Shown: piece by piece, positions 9,664 to 23,419 of the stretch
How positions within the stretch are numbered: position 1 is the stretch's first letter
How the letters are laid out: the number at the start of each line of letters is the position of its first letter
NCBI GenBank assembly: GCA_049801475.1
Contig: JBARKP010000049.1
Span: 10,265-74,264 of the forward strand
Length of the DNA: 64,000 nt
Direction of reading: 5' to 3'
DNA from: Methyloceanibacter sp.
Lineage (GTDB): Bacteria > Pseudomonadota > Alphaproteobacteria > Rhizobiales > Methyloligellaceae
The notes under the pieces: model-generated
What the model saw: only the letters and a program-made list of their open reading frames with translations
What the model was told of the DNA's origin: nothing
Databases searched by the model: none
Program-made: the position numbers and the translations under genes

Positions 9664-10605
9664 ATGAGTGAGGATCACCAGCTGTTCGACCGCGGCCTAT
9701 TGCGGCGCCGGCGCTCGCGCTTTGCTCACGAGCTGCCGCAGCACGAGTTCCTGCTGTCCCATGTCGCATCCGAGATCGCCGATCGCATCAGAGCCATCTT
9801 GCGCGAGTTTCCGCGTGCCCTCGATCTCGGCGCTTATCACGGGGTGTTGGGGCGAACGGTGGCGGCGCTCCCTTCGGTGGGAGAGATGATCTATGCCGAG
9901 AGCGTGCCGGCGCTTGCCGCGCTTTGCCCGCGGCCCGGCGTCGTTTGCGACGAGGACTTGCTGCCGTTCCGGGACGGAAGCTTCAATCTCGTCGTTTCGG
10001 GCCTTGCGCTGCATCGCGTCAATGATCTTCCCGGCGCGCTGATCCAGATCCGGCGCGCGCTCCGTCCCGACGGCCTGTTCATGGGCGCGGCGCTGGGCAG
10101 CCGCTCCCTGCAAGAGCTTCGCCACGCGCTACTCGAGGCTGAGGCCGAGCAACAAGGCGGTGCCAGCCCGCGCATCGCTCCTTTCGCCGATGTGCGGGAG
10201 TATGGCGCGGTGCTCCAGCGCGCGGGCTTTGCCCTCCCCGTGACCGACGCCGATCTCCTGACCGTGACCTATCCGGGTCCGCGCGACCTGATGCGTGAAA
10301 TCAGGGCCATGGGCGGCGGCAATGTGCTGGCATCAAGGCGGAAAGAACCGCTGCCGCGCCGGACGCTCGAGCGGGCGGAGGAAATCTACCGCACCCATCA
10401 CGCCACGCCGGAGGGAAAGGTCGCAGCGAGCTTCGAGATCGTCTACTTAAGCGGGTGGGCGCCCCATAACAGCCAGCAAAAACCTCTCGCGCCCGGCAGC
10501 GCCACGCGGCGCCTCGCCGAAGCGCTCGGCACGACGGAGCATGCGGCGGGCGACAAGGCATCCTTCCCGGCGGTCTCCAAACGAAAGGGCAAGCATCGCT
10601 CCTAG
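9664..10605 (+). CDS. Class I SAM-dependent methyltransferase
   Basis: 313 aa. LDLGAYHGVLG...FNLVVSGLALHRVNDLPG resembles Methyltransf_11. It lies divergent from comF, as is usual in Rhizobiales. Confidence 0.7.
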   Translation: MSEDHQLFDRGLLRRRRSRFAHELPQHEFLLSHVASEIADRIRAILREFPRALDLGAYHGVLGRTVAALPSVGEMIYAESVPALAALCPRPGVVCDEDLLPFRDGSFNLVVSGLALHRVNDLPGALIQIRRALRPDGLFMGAALGSRSLQELRHALLEAEAEQQGGASPRIAPFADVREYGAVLQRAGFALPVTDADLLTVTYPGPRDLMREIRAMGGGNVLASRRKEPLPRRTLERAEEIYRTHHATPEGKVAASFEIVYLSGWAPHNSQQKPLAPGSATRRLAEALGTTEHAAGDKASFPAVSKRKGKHRS

Positions 10606-10660
10606 GAAAGGATAGGCGTCCTAGAATCCGGCACCTTTTATTGCCCGGCTTGACCGCGCA

Positions 10661-10728
10661 ATCCAGTAACCCCGGCGACCAGGAACAATCTAATGGAGTG
10701 GTTACTGGATTCCCGCTTTGGCGGGAAT
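10661..10728. repeat. Composite REP/MITE-like palindromic element
   Basis: A perfect 11-bp inverted repeat, ATCCAGTAACC (10661-10671) and GGTTACTGGAT (10700-10710), is followed directly by the hairpin ATTCCCGC-TTTG-GCGGGAAT (10709-10728). The latter is the 'GGATTCCCGC..GCGGGAATGAC' type unit common in alphaproteobacterial intergenic regions. Confidence 0.5.
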
Positions 10729-11169
10729 GACAAGAGACGAGTCCTTGTGTCCTTCACACAGCTCGCGCAAGACGACCTTGAGCGGTTCGTCGGCCGGCGG
10801 CATGGCGTAAGGGCCAAGCGCGTTCGGCCTTACCCAAATAAGGTTCTGGCCTTCATGCGCGGCCATGACCCCTCGCCAGCGCCGACAAAGGAACAGCGGC
10901 ATGAGCAGGTGGAAGTCCGGATAGGCGTGGCTGGCAAAAGTTAGGGGGGTGAGATCGGCGAGCGCGATCTCGACGCCGAGCTCCTCGGCGAGCTCGCGGA
11001 TCAGCGCTTCCTCCGGCGCCTCTCCGCGTTCCACCTTGCCGCCTGGGAACTCCCAGAGGCCGGCAAGAGGACGCCCTTCCGGACGCTTGGCGATCAGAAT
11101 CCTGCCCTCCGCGTCGAGCAGAACGCAGGCGGCGACCAGAACCAGCGGGTGCGCAGGACCGTTGCCCAT
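10702..11169 (-). CDS. mutT: NUDIX hydrolase, MutT-like 8-oxo-dGTP diphosphatase
   Basis: NUDIX box GLWEFPGGKVERGEAPEEALIRELAEELG. The last ~10 codons (..VIPAKAGIQ) are translated from the REP-like hairpin. Confidence 0.85.
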   Translation of the reverse strand: MGNGPAHPLVLVAACVLLDAEGRILIAKRPEGRPLAGLWEFPGGKVERGEAPEEALIRELAEELGVEIALADLTPLTFASHAYPDFHLLMPLFLCRRWRGVMAAHEGQNLIWVRPNALGPYAMPPADEPLKVVLRELCEGHKDSSLVIPAKAGIQ

Positions 11170-11175
11170 TTCCGC

Positions 11176-12417
11176 TCAGGACCGGTAGTCGGCATTGATG
11201 GCGATGTATCCCGCCGTGAGATCGCAGGTCCAGATGGTTGCAGCGGCGCTGCCCAAGCCGACATCCACCGTGATGGCGATCTCAGCATTCTTCATATAGG
11301 CGGCGCCAAGCTGCTCGCGGTAGCCGGGGGCGACCTCTCCTTCCCTGGCGACCAGAATGTCGCCAAGCCAAATAGCGAGCTTGTCGCGATCGGCCGCTTC
11401 GCCGGCCTTGCCCACGGCCATGACGATGCGTCCCCAATTGGGGTCCTCGCCGGCGATCGCCGTCTTCACCAGAGGCGAGTCGGCGATGGATCGCGCAATC
11501 GTCCGCGCCGCGGCAGGGCTTTCGGCGCCGGTGACGCGCACCGTGACGAATTTAGTCGCCCCCTCGCCGTCTTTCACCACCTGATGGGCAAGATCGCGCA
11601 TCACCTCGGTAAGCGCGACGCGGAAGCTTGCGAGCCGCGGATCGTGCGGCAATCCAATTCTTGGCGCGCCCCGCGACGCGGCGCTTCCCGTGGCGAAGAG
11701 CAAGAGCGTATCGTTTGTCGATGTGTCGCCGTCGATGGTGATGGCGTTGAACGTCTCATTCGCGGCAGGAAACAGCACCTCACGCAAAGGTCCGGGCTCG
11801 ATCGCCGCATCGGTGAAGAGAAAGGCAAGCATGGTGGCCATGTCCGGGGCGATCATCCCTGCCCCCTTGGCAATGCCGTTGATGGTGACGGGGACGCCCT
11901 CGATCTCGGTTTGGCGCGTAGCGAGTTTCGGATAGGTATCGGTGGTCATGACCGCCCGCGCCGCTTGCTCGAACGCCTCGGGCAGGGCCCCTGCGGCGAG
12001 CCCCGCGAGCAAACCCGTTAATTTGGCTGGATCGAGCGGCTCGCCGATCACGCCGCTCGATGCAAGATAGACGTCGACCTCGAGACAATCCGCCGCTTCC
12101 GCCGCGGCTTCGGCGATCAGTTTTACCGCTTCGCGCCCGCGCCGTCCGGTGAAGGCATTGGCGTTGCCGGAATTGACCACGAGCACCCGCGCCATCCCGT
12201 GCGCCAGACGAGCTTTGCACCACTCGACCGGAGCCGATGCGGTCTTGGACCGGGTGAGCACGCCTGCCACGGTCGTGCCTGGGTCGAACAATGCCAGCAA
12301 CAGATCGGTGCGCCCGGCGTAGCGGATTCCCGCCGCGCACGCGGCGAAACGAACGCCCGAGATGCTCGGAAGTCGCGGTAGGTGCTTCGGCGCGAAAGGC
12401 GAGATCGTGGCCATCAC
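11176..12417 (-). CDS. argJ: Bifunctional glutamate N-acetyltransferase / amino-acid acetyltransferase
   Basis: 413 aa. [13 protein letters not shown]...[12 protein letters not shown]...[11 protein letters not shown] (autoprocessing Thr site)...[10 protein letters not shown]. Confidence 0.92.
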   Translation of the reverse strand: MMATISPFAPKHLPRLPSISGVRFAACAAGIRYAGRTDLLLALFDPGTTVAGVLTRSKTASAPVEWCKARLAHGMARVLVVNSGNANAFTGRRGREAVKLIAEAAAEAADCLEVDVYLASSGVIGEPLDPAKLTGLLAGLAAGALPEAFEQAARAVMTTDTYPKLATRQTEIEGVPVTINGIAKGAGMIAPDMATMLAFLFTDAAIEPGPLREVLFPAANETFNAITIDGDTSTNDTLLLFATGSAASRGAPRIGLPHDPRLASFRVALTEVMRDLAHQVVKDGEGATKFVTVRVTGAESPAAARTIARSIADSPLVKTAIAGEDPNWGRIVMAVGKAGEAADRDKLAIWLGDILVAREGEVAPGYREQLGAAYMKNAEIAITVDVGLGSAAATIWTCDLTAGYIAINADYRS

Positions 12418-12445
12418 GGCTCGCGATTAAGATCAGACGATCCCG

Positions 12446-13333
12446 TTAGTGGTTGTCTTCGACATCCCCCGAGGACTCGTCCTGGTCCTCCGGCGGGGCG
12501 TCGCCCCTCACCGCCGCATCCTGCATCGACTTCTTGATGTCGGGATCGATGATGTCGATCTTGGCGGCATCGTGCAGGTCTTTGATGGTCTGCTTAGCCT
12601 TCTGCTGGGTAAGCTGGCTGACGATGGTGTCTTTCACCTGGTCGAAGGTGGGCAGCGGGCGGGTGCGCTTTTCCTCGACCTTGATGATGTGCCAGCCGAA
12701 CTGCGTCTGCACGGGTTCCGAGATCTGGCCGACCTCGAGCGCGAAGGCCGCATCCTCGAAAGGCTTCAGCATCTGACCCCGGCTGAAGAAACCGAGATCG
12801 CCGCCTTCGGCGCTTGGGTCCTTCGACTTCTCCTTGGCAACCGTGGCAAAATCTTCGCCCTTCTTCAGCCGCTCGGCGACCTCCTTGGCCTCGGCCTCCG
12901 TGCTGACGAGGATGTGGCGGGCGTGGATCTCCTCCTCCGGCTTCATGCCGGCGATCTTGTCCTGATAAATCTTCTTGACTGCATCCTCGGAGACTCCATT
13001 GCGCACGACCTTGTCGAAATATGCATCGCGCAGTGTCCGGCGCCGATGGTATTTGAGCCGATCGTCGAAGCTCTGGCCGCTGTCGAGGCCGTCCTTGACG
13101 GCCGCCTCCGCCATGAGCTCGTTCTCGATGACGAATTGCAGCAGCATCCTCCGGCGGTCCTCCGGCGGGTAATTGGCGAGCTGAGCGCCGACCTCGGAGG
13201 CCGCAAAGTCGAGATCCGATTGCTTGATGTCGGCGCCGTTGATCTGGGCGACGACGGCATCCTCAGCCGAAGCCGTGAGCGGAACGCAAGCAATAGAGGC
13301 TGCGAGAAGCAGCAAGATTCGCCAAGTCTTCAC
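12446..13333 (-). CDS. Periplasmic parvulin-type peptidyl-prolyl isomerase (SurA/PpiD-like)
   Basis: Signal peptide VKTWRILLLLAASIACVPLTASA (GTG at 13333). Parvulin core HARHILV...GGDLGFFSRGQMLKPFEDAAF...SEPVQTQFGWHIIKV. Confidence 0.8.
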   Translation of the reverse strand: MKTWRILLLLAASIACVPLTASAEDAVVAQINGADIKQSDLDFAASEVGAQLANYPPEDRRRMLLQFVIENELMAEAAVKDGLDSGQSFDDRLKYHRRRTLRDAYFDKVVRNGVSEDAVKKIYQDKIAGMKPEEEIHARHILVSTEAEAKEVAERLKKGEDFATVAKEKSKDPSAEGGDLGFFSRGQMLKPFEDAAFALEVGQISEPVQTQFGWHIIKVEEKRTRPLPTFDQVKDTIVSQLTQQKAKQTIKDLHDAAKIDIIDPDIKKSMQDAAVRGDAPPEDQDESSGDVEDNH

Positions 13334-13562
13334 GGAGTGAGATCCTCTTCTTCTGCCCGGCTGGCAGTGCTCCCGGAAGGAGAAAGGCGGGTGGGCCCGG
13401 TCGCTTCCCCCGGGCGCCTTCATAGACCTAGGGCGGTCCGATGCCAAGCTGCGAATGCGGGGTTTCTCCGGTCTTAAAGTCGCTTCGTGGCGGGCGCTGC
13501 CGGGCCGAGATCGGCGCGCAAGCTCGTCGACTCCAGGGCATTATTTCCATACATCTCGATAC

Positions 13563-13912
13563 ATGGAAGTATCGCAGGCTATTGGAGCTCTCGGCGCCTT
13601 GGCGCAGGAGAGCCGCTTCAAAATTTTTCGCCTTCTTGTTCAATGCGGGCGAGAAGGCATGGCGGCCGGCGACATCGCGCGGAGGCTTAAGGTGCCGCAA
13701 AACACCCTGTCGTTCCAAATTGCCATTCTCTCCCGCGCGCGGCTCTTGGCTTCGCGGCTTCGCGCAAAGACGGCCGCTCGATCATCTATTCCGTGGATCT
13801 TGAAGGCACCCGCGACCTCCTGTCCTTCCTAGTGGAGGACTGCTGCCACGGCAGGCCCGAGATTTGCGGGCCCCTGATGAAGTCGCCGGTCGCCGATTGT
13901 TGCCCCGCATGA
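13563..13912 (+). pseudogene. arsR: ArsR-family (AfArsR-type, C-terminal Cys triad) repressor, frameshifted by an 8-bp tandem duplication
   Basis: MEVSQAIGALGALAQESRFKIFRLL...LSFQIAILSRARLLASR, then GGCTTCGC|GGCTTCGC at 13748-13763. Deleting one copy restores ...SRKDGRSIIYSVDLEGTRDLLSFLVEDCCHGRPEICG...CCPA*. The restored TGA (13910-13912) overlaps the arsC ATG in an ATGA arrangement. Confidence 0.85.
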
Positions 13913-14463
13913 CGAACGAGGCCTCGCTCATGGAAGACGTGAGCAGCAAGGCGCCCCTCAACGTCCTCTTCCTTTGCACCGGAAACTCGGCGCGGTCGAT
14001 CATGGCCGAGTGCGTGCTGAACCGCCTGGGCGCAGGCAGGTTCCGGGCCTTCAGCGCCGGCAGCCAGCCGCTCGGCCATGTCCATCCCCTTGCCCTCCAG
14101 CTGCTGCGTCAGGCGCATTTTGATGTGTCACAGCTTCGCTCGAAGTCCTGGGAGGAGTTTGCGGGCCCCGACGCGCCGACGCTCGACTTCGTCTTTACCG
14201 TCTGTGACAACGCCGCCAAAGAGATCTGCCCAATCTGGCCGGGCCAGCCCATGACGGCCCATTGGGGCCTGCCCGACCCGGCCAAAGCCGAGGGCAGCGA
14301 GGCCGAGCGGCATTTGGCATTCGCCGACACCCTACGGATGCTGAACAATCGCATCGGTATCTTTGTCAGCTTGCCCCTCGACAAGCTGAGCCAGCTGTCG
14401 CTGCAAAAGAAGCTCGACGAGATCGGTCAGTCACAAGCCGCCGCCTCAAGACAGTCGGCATAG
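13909..14463 (+). CDS. arsC: Arsenate reductase, LMW-PTP (thioredoxin-coupled) type
   Basis: [19 protein letters not shown]-loop, followed by the [11 protein letters not shown]...HWGLPDP pattern. Confidence 0.85.
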   Translation: MTNEASLMEDVSSKAPLNVLFLCTGNSARSIMAECVLNRLGAGRFRAFSAGSQPLGHVHPLALQLLRQAHFDVSQLRSKSWEEFAGPDAPTLDFVFTVCDNAAKEICPIWPGQPMTAHWGLPDPAKAEGSEAERHLAFADTLRMLNNRIGIFVSLPLDKLSQLSLQKKLDEIGQSQAAASRQSA

Positions 14464-14516
14464 CCACCGGGCCTGTGCCGCGACCGCCGTCGGGCAGACA
14501 CCGGCGGAGCGTCGCG

Positions 14517-14545
14517 TTGACAAGGCTTGGGGCGCCACTTATGTC
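14517..14545 (+). promoter_or_regulatory. Candidate sigma70-type promoter upstream of secA
   Basis: TTGACA (14517-14522), a 17-nt spacer, then TATGTC (14540-14545), about 150 nt upstream of the secA ATG. Confidence 0.35.
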
Positions 14546-14695
14546 TCACAGGCGTTTGTCCTTAGGCATTTTTTGGTCGCTTTCCGCGGGTTTGATGGGG
14601 CCGCCCTGGGGAGCACTACGCTTCGAGGCCCAGTGCTTTCGCGTCTCTGCGAGATCACCTCTGAACAAACTCCTGCGATAAGAGGCTGTAGTCCA

Positions 14696-17476
<2,781 letters not shown>

Positions 17477-17505
17477 TCAGGGCCGGGATCTCCCCCGGAC
17501 GCGTC

Positions 17506-18354
17506 TCAGGGCTCCTGGGCAACCGACGGTGGGCAGCGTCCCTCGGCCGATGTGGCCCCGGTCTCCCCACTCCCGTCACCAACGACATAGCGGCCATCGC
17601 AGACGCTGATGACGGGCGGCACCTGGGTGCGCTCGAAGGCGTCATAGCCCTGTTTCAAGTCCGCCCAAAAGCTGCTCCAGCGGTTGGACTCCCGCGCAAC
17701 GAGTTTCGCCTCTGTCATGCGGAACGGAAATGCATGCACGGGAACACGCTCTTCGCCCTTGTCGATCGCCGCGGTGACGATGCGCCAAAGCTCGCCGATA
17801 ACCTCGTTGGTCATCGCATAGCAGCCGATCGAGGCACATCCGCCATGAATCATGAGAAACGATCCGCTCCGGCCTTGCGCCTTGTCGAACGCATTGGGAA
17901 AGCCGAGGTTGAATGCGCGGTGCCAGCGACTGTCGGGATTGAGCTGTTCTTTCGTGATCGTATAGAAGCCTTCCGGCGCCTGGAGGTCACCTTCGCTGAG
18001 CTTCGGCCCGAGCCGCCCCGACCAGAGGCAGATCGGATAGGTCGCGAACAGGTGATAGCGGCCGTCCTTCTCCATCCAAAGCTCAAGCGCCGATTCGAGC
18101 TTGAAGATACGCAAGACGACCGGCGCACCGAGCTCTAGGCCCCGAGCCGCAAGCCTTGCGTCGAGTCTGGCGAGATCCGGCGTGCCCGGAAGCGGCTGCC
18201 CCTTGCCATAGTACCAATGGTTCTCGAAACGCGTGAGCGCGATCGAAGCGCGGTCGAGCAGCTGCCTGCCCTCGGAGCTGAGCAGGGCGAGAACAACGCC
18301 AATGAGCGCAAGGACGATGAGGAGCCCAACAGCGTGCCGCGACATGGCCTCCAT
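17506..18354 (-). CDS. YafK-like L,D-transpeptidase family protein
   Basis: N-terminal TM/signal segment, then ICLWSGRLGPKLSEGDLQAPEGFY...FLMIHGGCASIGCYAMT (His/Cys catalytic pair). Confidence 0.8.
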   Translation of the reverse strand: MEAMSRHAVGLLIVLALIGVVLALLSSEGRQLLDRASIALTRFENHWYYGKGQPLPGTPDLARLDARLAARGLELGAPVVLRIFKLESALELWMEKDGRYHLFATYPICLWSGRLGPKLSEGDLQAPEGFYTITKEQLNPDSRWHRAFNLGFPNAFDKAQGRSGSFLMIHGGCASIGCYAMTNEVIGELWRIVTAAIDKGEERVPVHAFPFRMTEAKLVARESNRWSSFWADLKQGYDAFERTQVPPVISVCDGRYVVGDGSGETGATSAEGRCPPSVAQEP

Positions 18355-18387
18355 GATCCGGAGAAGAGAGGCGATCGCGTGGCGGGA

Positions 18388-19395
18388 CTAGCGCGCCGTA
18401 GCCGGAGCCGCCGGGCCCAGCGTGAACGCCTGGTAGACAGGCTTCCGCGGTCCAAAGGCCAAGCCGAACCAGCTGCCGAGCGGTCTGCCGATGGAGGCCG
18501 CCTCGACGGAGGACGTCGTCCCTGCGTCTGCCGAGCGGCCTTGCTTCGTCTGCGTCTGCCCGGGGGCGGACTTGGCCGAGGCCTGCTGCAGCACCGGGCC
18601 GCGCGGCGCCGCCTGGACCGGAAGCCTCTCATAGGCTGGGCACGCCGCGGCAGGATCGGGCCTCGCCCCGGGATCGACGAAGGCCGTGTTGATGAGATAG
18701 CGCTTGTCGCACACATCGACCCTGGGAGGCTGGTGGGTGACCTCGAAATAGTCGTAGCCTTCCTTAAGGTTGCGCCAAAAGCCGTACCACTTGTCGCTCT
18801 TGTGCTTGGCCAGGTTCGCGGCCGTCATACGAAACGGATAGGCTTGGACCTGAAACGCCGGCTGGCCACCGGCAAGGGCCTCGCGCGCGAGAATGTAGAT
18901 CTCCTCGACGACACCGTCGGTCATGGCGTAGCAGCCGGCCGACTTGCAGTCGCCATGCACCATGATGTCGTCGCCGGTGCGGCCATAGGCGCGGTCATAG
19001 GCGTTGGGAAAGCCGAGATTGAAGGCAAGGTGATATTTGCTCTTCGGGTTCATCTGCGCTGCGGAGACGAGATAAAACCCTTCAGGAGCCTGGCGGTCGC
19101 CCTGGTCTATCTTAGGCCCGAGGCCGCCCGACCAGTCGCAGATCGGATAGGTCTTGAAGTGGTAGAAGCGTCCGTCGTCCTTCGCTTTCCAGATTTCAAG
19201 CTCCGACTCGGCCTTGAAGATGCGGACGAGGACAGGCGACTCCTCGGTCATGCCCTTCTCGGCGAGAAGGGCCCGCGTCTGCGCCGAAAGAGGTTTGAGA
19301 TAGGCTGGCGAGAATTGACCACAACCGCCGAGCGCGCTGACTAGCGTCAGCACGCTCGCCGCGATGACGGCGTTGACCAAACCTGAGCGAAGCAT
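18388..19395 (-). CDS. YafK-like L,D-transpeptidase family protein (tandem paralog with Ala/Pro/Gln-rich C-terminal tail)
   Basis: Lipoprotein-like signal (LVSALGGCGQ). ICDWSGGLGPKIDQGDRQAPEGFY...IMVHGDCKSAGCYAMT. The extra ~90-aa tail is low-complexity. Confidence 0.8.
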   Translation of the reverse strand: MLRSGLVNAVIAASVLTLVSALGGCGQFSPAYLKPLSAQTRALLAEKGMTEESPVLVRIFKAESELEIWKAKDDGRFYHFKTYPICDWSGGLGPKIDQGDRQAPEGFYLVSAAQMNPKSKYHLAFNLGFPNAYDRAYGRTGDDIMVHGDCKSAGCYAMTDGVVEEIYILAREALAGGQPAFQVQAYPFRMTAANLAKHKSDKWYGFWRNLKEGYDYFEVTHQPPRVDVCDKRYLINTAFVDPGARPDPAAACPAYERLPVQAAPRGPVLQQASAKSAPGQTQTKQGRSADAGTTSSVEAASIGRPLGSWFGLAFGPRKPVYQAFTLGPAAPATAR

Positions 19396-19567
19396 ACGCA
19401 GTGCCCCTTGCGCACCTCGTCCAAGATCGAACCTAACGGGTTAAGGCGAAGTTAGCGCTGAAAAAACCCCCGCGCCAAAGCTTCGGCGTTCCCCGACTTA
19501 GCTCCTATTATAACGGCAAGCAAGCCACAGTTGGACTAAAAAATGGCGTTTTTCCAGTCAGAAACCC

Positions 19568-20521
19568 TCAACCTGCCCGGCCGATACCGATGAATTTCTC
19601 GCGCCGGGCCTTGCGAATGGCTTCTGGCGGCATGGCGTCGAAACCGGCCAAGGCCTGTCCGATAACGTCCCCGGTCGCCTGCACCACCTCGCGCCCATCC
19701 CGGTGGGCGCCCCCGACCGGCTCTGGGATGATGCCGTCGATGACGCCGAGCTTGAGCAGATCCTGCGCCGTGATCTTCATATTCGTGGCCGCATCGACGG
19801 CCCGGCTGGAGTCGCGCCAGAGGATCGAGGCAGCGGCCTCCGGCGAAGCGACGGTATAGATCGCGTGCTCAAGCATGTAGACGCGGTTGGCGGTGGCGAT
19901 GGCCACGGCGCCCCCCGAGCCCCCCTCGCCGATGATGACCGAGACAATCGGCACGCCCAGGCTCAAGCAGCAGTCGGTACACCGTGCGATGGCCTCGGCT
20001 TGGCCCCGCTCCTCGGCGCCGACGCCTGGATAGGCCCCCGCAGTGTCGACAAGACTCACCACCGGGAGCGAGAATCTGTCCGCCATCTCCATGAGCCTGA
20101 GCGCCTTGCGGTAGCCTTCCGGCCGGGCCATACCGAAATTGTGCTTGATCCGGCCTTCCGTATCGGAGCCTTTTTCATGGCCGATGATCATTGCCGAGCG
20201 CCCCTTGAGGCGTCCAATGCCACCAAGGATCGCCTCGTCCTCGCCGAAATACCGGTCGCCGGCGAGCGGCGTAAAATCCTGCACGAGTCCGTCGATATAG
20301 TTATTGAAGTGCGGCCGTTCGGGGTGGCGGGCAACTTGCGTCTTTTGCCAGGGGGTGAGCTCGGCATAGGTTTCTTCGAGGGCTTCCCTCGCCTTTGCCT
20401 CAAGCTTGGCGAGCTCCTCCTGAATGGACACGGAGCCCTGCTCGGCGGCGAGCACCTTGAGCTCGGCGACCTTGCTTTCAAGCTCGGCAATCGGCTTTTC
20501 GAAATCGAGATACGTACGCAT
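19568..20521 (-). CDS. accA: Acetyl-CoA carboxylase carboxyltransferase subunit alpha
   Basis: [18 protein letters not shown]...IIGHEKG...[20 protein letters not shown]...[10 protein letters not shown]. Confidence 0.95.
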   Translation of the reverse strand: MRTYLDFEKPIAELESKVAELKVLAAEQGSVSIQEELAKLEAKAREALEETYAELTPWQKTQVARHPERPHFNNYIDGLVQDFTPLAGDRYFGEDEAILGGIGRLKGRSAMIIGHEKGSDTEGRIKHNFGMARPEGYRKALRLMEMADRFSLPVVSLVDTAGAYPGVGAEERGQAEAIARCTDCCLSLGVPIVSVIIGEGGSGGAVAIATANRVYMLEHAIYTVASPEAAASILWRDSSRAVDAATNMKITAQDLLKLGVIDGIIPEPVGGAHRDGREVVQATGDVIGQALAGFDAMPPEAIRKARREKFIGIGRAG

Positions 20522-20655
20522 TTGGCTAGAAATGGCCCCTCAAACCCGTCTTGGACGGGCGCTGCCGCGCCAGCGGCGGCGGCAACGCGTTTGTTAAGTG
20601 GCCTTGGGGAGAAACCCTGTCAACGGGCAACGCCCCCTCGACCTTGGCAATGAGC

Positions 20656-21633
<978 letters not shown>

Positions 21634-21637
21634 GGCT

Positions 21638-23419
21638 TCAGACCTTTCCGCGTGAAGGCCAATGCGGGTAAAGCGCCTCGAGCGCGAGGCGCCTGGCTTC
21701 GGCGTCGAGCCCCACCCGCTTCAACGCCCGCAAGCCATCGCCCAGCGCGATCAGATGGGCGCCTTGTGGACCGTTGGGTCCAAGCGCCAATGCAGCAAGC
21801 AGCACCGTACGCCCCACCTCCCCGGCATTGGCAGCCTCCTTTAATGTAGTGAGGAGACCCGTCTCCGGCAGATACCCATCCTCGGGCTGGGGCGTCTTGC
21901 CCGCAAGCTCCCAAAGCGGGATGGGAACATCCTCTCCCAGCGCATCGAGGACTGTGACGAGCCGTTGCAGCAGGGCGCCGGGCAGCCCAGCCTTGAGCGC
22001 GATCTCCACACCGGCGTCGAGCGCGGCCTGGGTACGCTCGCCGGAGGGGTCGGTTGCGCCGACGAGCACCTGCCAGCTCCGCACCTGCTCGCCCCCGGCC
22101 TCGGTCCAGGCCCAGGCCGCCTGATCCTCGCCGGCAAGGGCCGCGATGCGGACCCCCGTCTCGGCAAAACTTGCCGCTTGCGGGCCTTCCGCGAGGCCGG
22201 CGCTTGCCTGAGCCAGGGCCTCGGCGATTGGGATCTCGATCTTTGCGTCTTTTCCGCTTGCCAAGAGCGCATCGATCGACTCCGCGCGGATCTTGGCCGA
22301 AGTCTGCCCTTCGAGGGTGGCGAACAGCTTGGCGCGAAGCGCCGCGGGCGACTGCGCCGATTTGGCAAGGTCCGGCGCCGCCTCCCGATAGGCGCCGGCG
22401 AGCACCTCCCCATCGATAATGTTCAGCGCGGCCGCGCGCTCGGCCGCCGCTAGCCGGAGCTCTGCGGGTGCTTCCTTGTCCCGCACCAAGAGAAACAGAA
22501 GCTCTGGAGTTGCCCTGGCGGCGATCTCGGCGCTGGCGCCTGTCTGGTCGAGCTTGAGGAAAACGTAGTCGAGCACATCGACGTTTCTGGGGGGACTGGC
22601 CCGGCGCGAGGAGGCCTTGGCCAGCCGGTCAATGACGGCGGCGGCGAGCCCCGCGTCGACCCCACTGTCGCGGGCCAGGGTCAGCGCGAGGCTCGCGCCT
22701 TCCTTGTCGCCCTTGGCCGCGGCGCAATAGGCGGGAACGAGGAAGGCGGCTCGCTTGGTATCGCTGTCTCCTTGCGCGGCAGCCGGCACCGTCCCAACCT
22801 CGATCGCGCAAGCTTCGTCCTTGCGATCCGCGGCAAGTAGGGCCAAGGCATAGCAGGCAGCGGCGCCTGACTCACCGCCGTGCGCAAGGCCGCTCAAGAG
22901 TCCGACCAGCTCGTCGACGCGGCCCGCCCGCTTAAGCGCCGCGATCTTCACCGCGGTCTCGCGACCCTCTCCCGGCGCACCGCCGGCAAGCGTCCGGGCG
23001 ATGAGCTTCCCGAGCGCGGGCGACGGGGACGGCAGTGGAATTCGAGCGAGCAGACGTTCCATCGCTGCCGCATCGAGCCCGCGCCAAACGTCAAGCGGCA
23101 TAGCGCTCCCCCCAAGCCCCGGCCCCGAACCTTGCGGCAATGACGATGGCGACTGGGAAGGTGCTGGACGCCAATCCTCAGAGCCGGGCCGCGAGCCCAC
23201 GGCCGGACCTCCAGAGTCATGGGGCGGAGGAGACTGGCCCTGGAGCACCGGCAGCTCGCGCCGCTCGACCTGGGCCAAGGCCGGCCTCCATCCCCATGGG
23301 ACGGCGGCAAGCGCCGCAGCGAGCCCTACAAAGATACCCCTACTCGCTCCGCACCTTGACGTTACGCAAGGCTTTGGAGATTTCCTTCGGCTCCGGTTGG
23401 AAATATTCGGCGAGCACAT
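21638..23419 (-). CDS. Ala-rich secreted hypothetical protein
   Basis: ~590-600-aa open frame. N-terminal basic and hydrophobic stretch (GIFVGLAAALAAVPWGWRPALAQ), then an Ala/Leu-rich helical repeat-like body. The start (23419 ATG or 23440 GTG) is uncertain and overlaps the small ORF below. Confidence 0.6.
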   Translation of the reverse strand: MCSPNISNRSRRKSPKPCVTSRCGASRGIFVGLAAALAAVPWGWRPALAQVERRELPVLQGQSPPPHDSGGPAVGSRPGSEDWRPAPSQSPSSLPQGSGPGLGGSAMPLDVWRGLDAAAMERLLARIPLPSPSPALGKLIARTLAGGAPGEGRETAVKIAALKRAGRVDELVGLLSGLAHGGESGAAACYALALLAADRKDEACAIEVGTVPAAAQGDSDTKRAAFLVPAYCAAAKGDKEGASLALTLARDSGVDAGLAAAVIDRLAKASSRRASPPRNVDVLDYVFLKLDQTGASAEIAARATPELLFLLVRDKEAPAELRLAAAERAAALNIIDGEVLAGAYREAAPDLAKSAQSPAALRAKLFATLEGQTSAKIRAESIDALLASGKDAKIEIPIAEALAQASAGLAEGPQAASFAETGVRIAALAGEDQAAWAWTEAGGEQVRSWQVLVGATDPSGERTQAALDAGVEIALKAGLPGALLQRLVTVLDALGEDVPIPLWELAGKTPQPEDGYLPETGLLTTLKEAANAGEVGRTVLLAALALGPNGPQGAHLIALGDGLRALKRVGLDAEARRLALEALYPHWPSRGKV

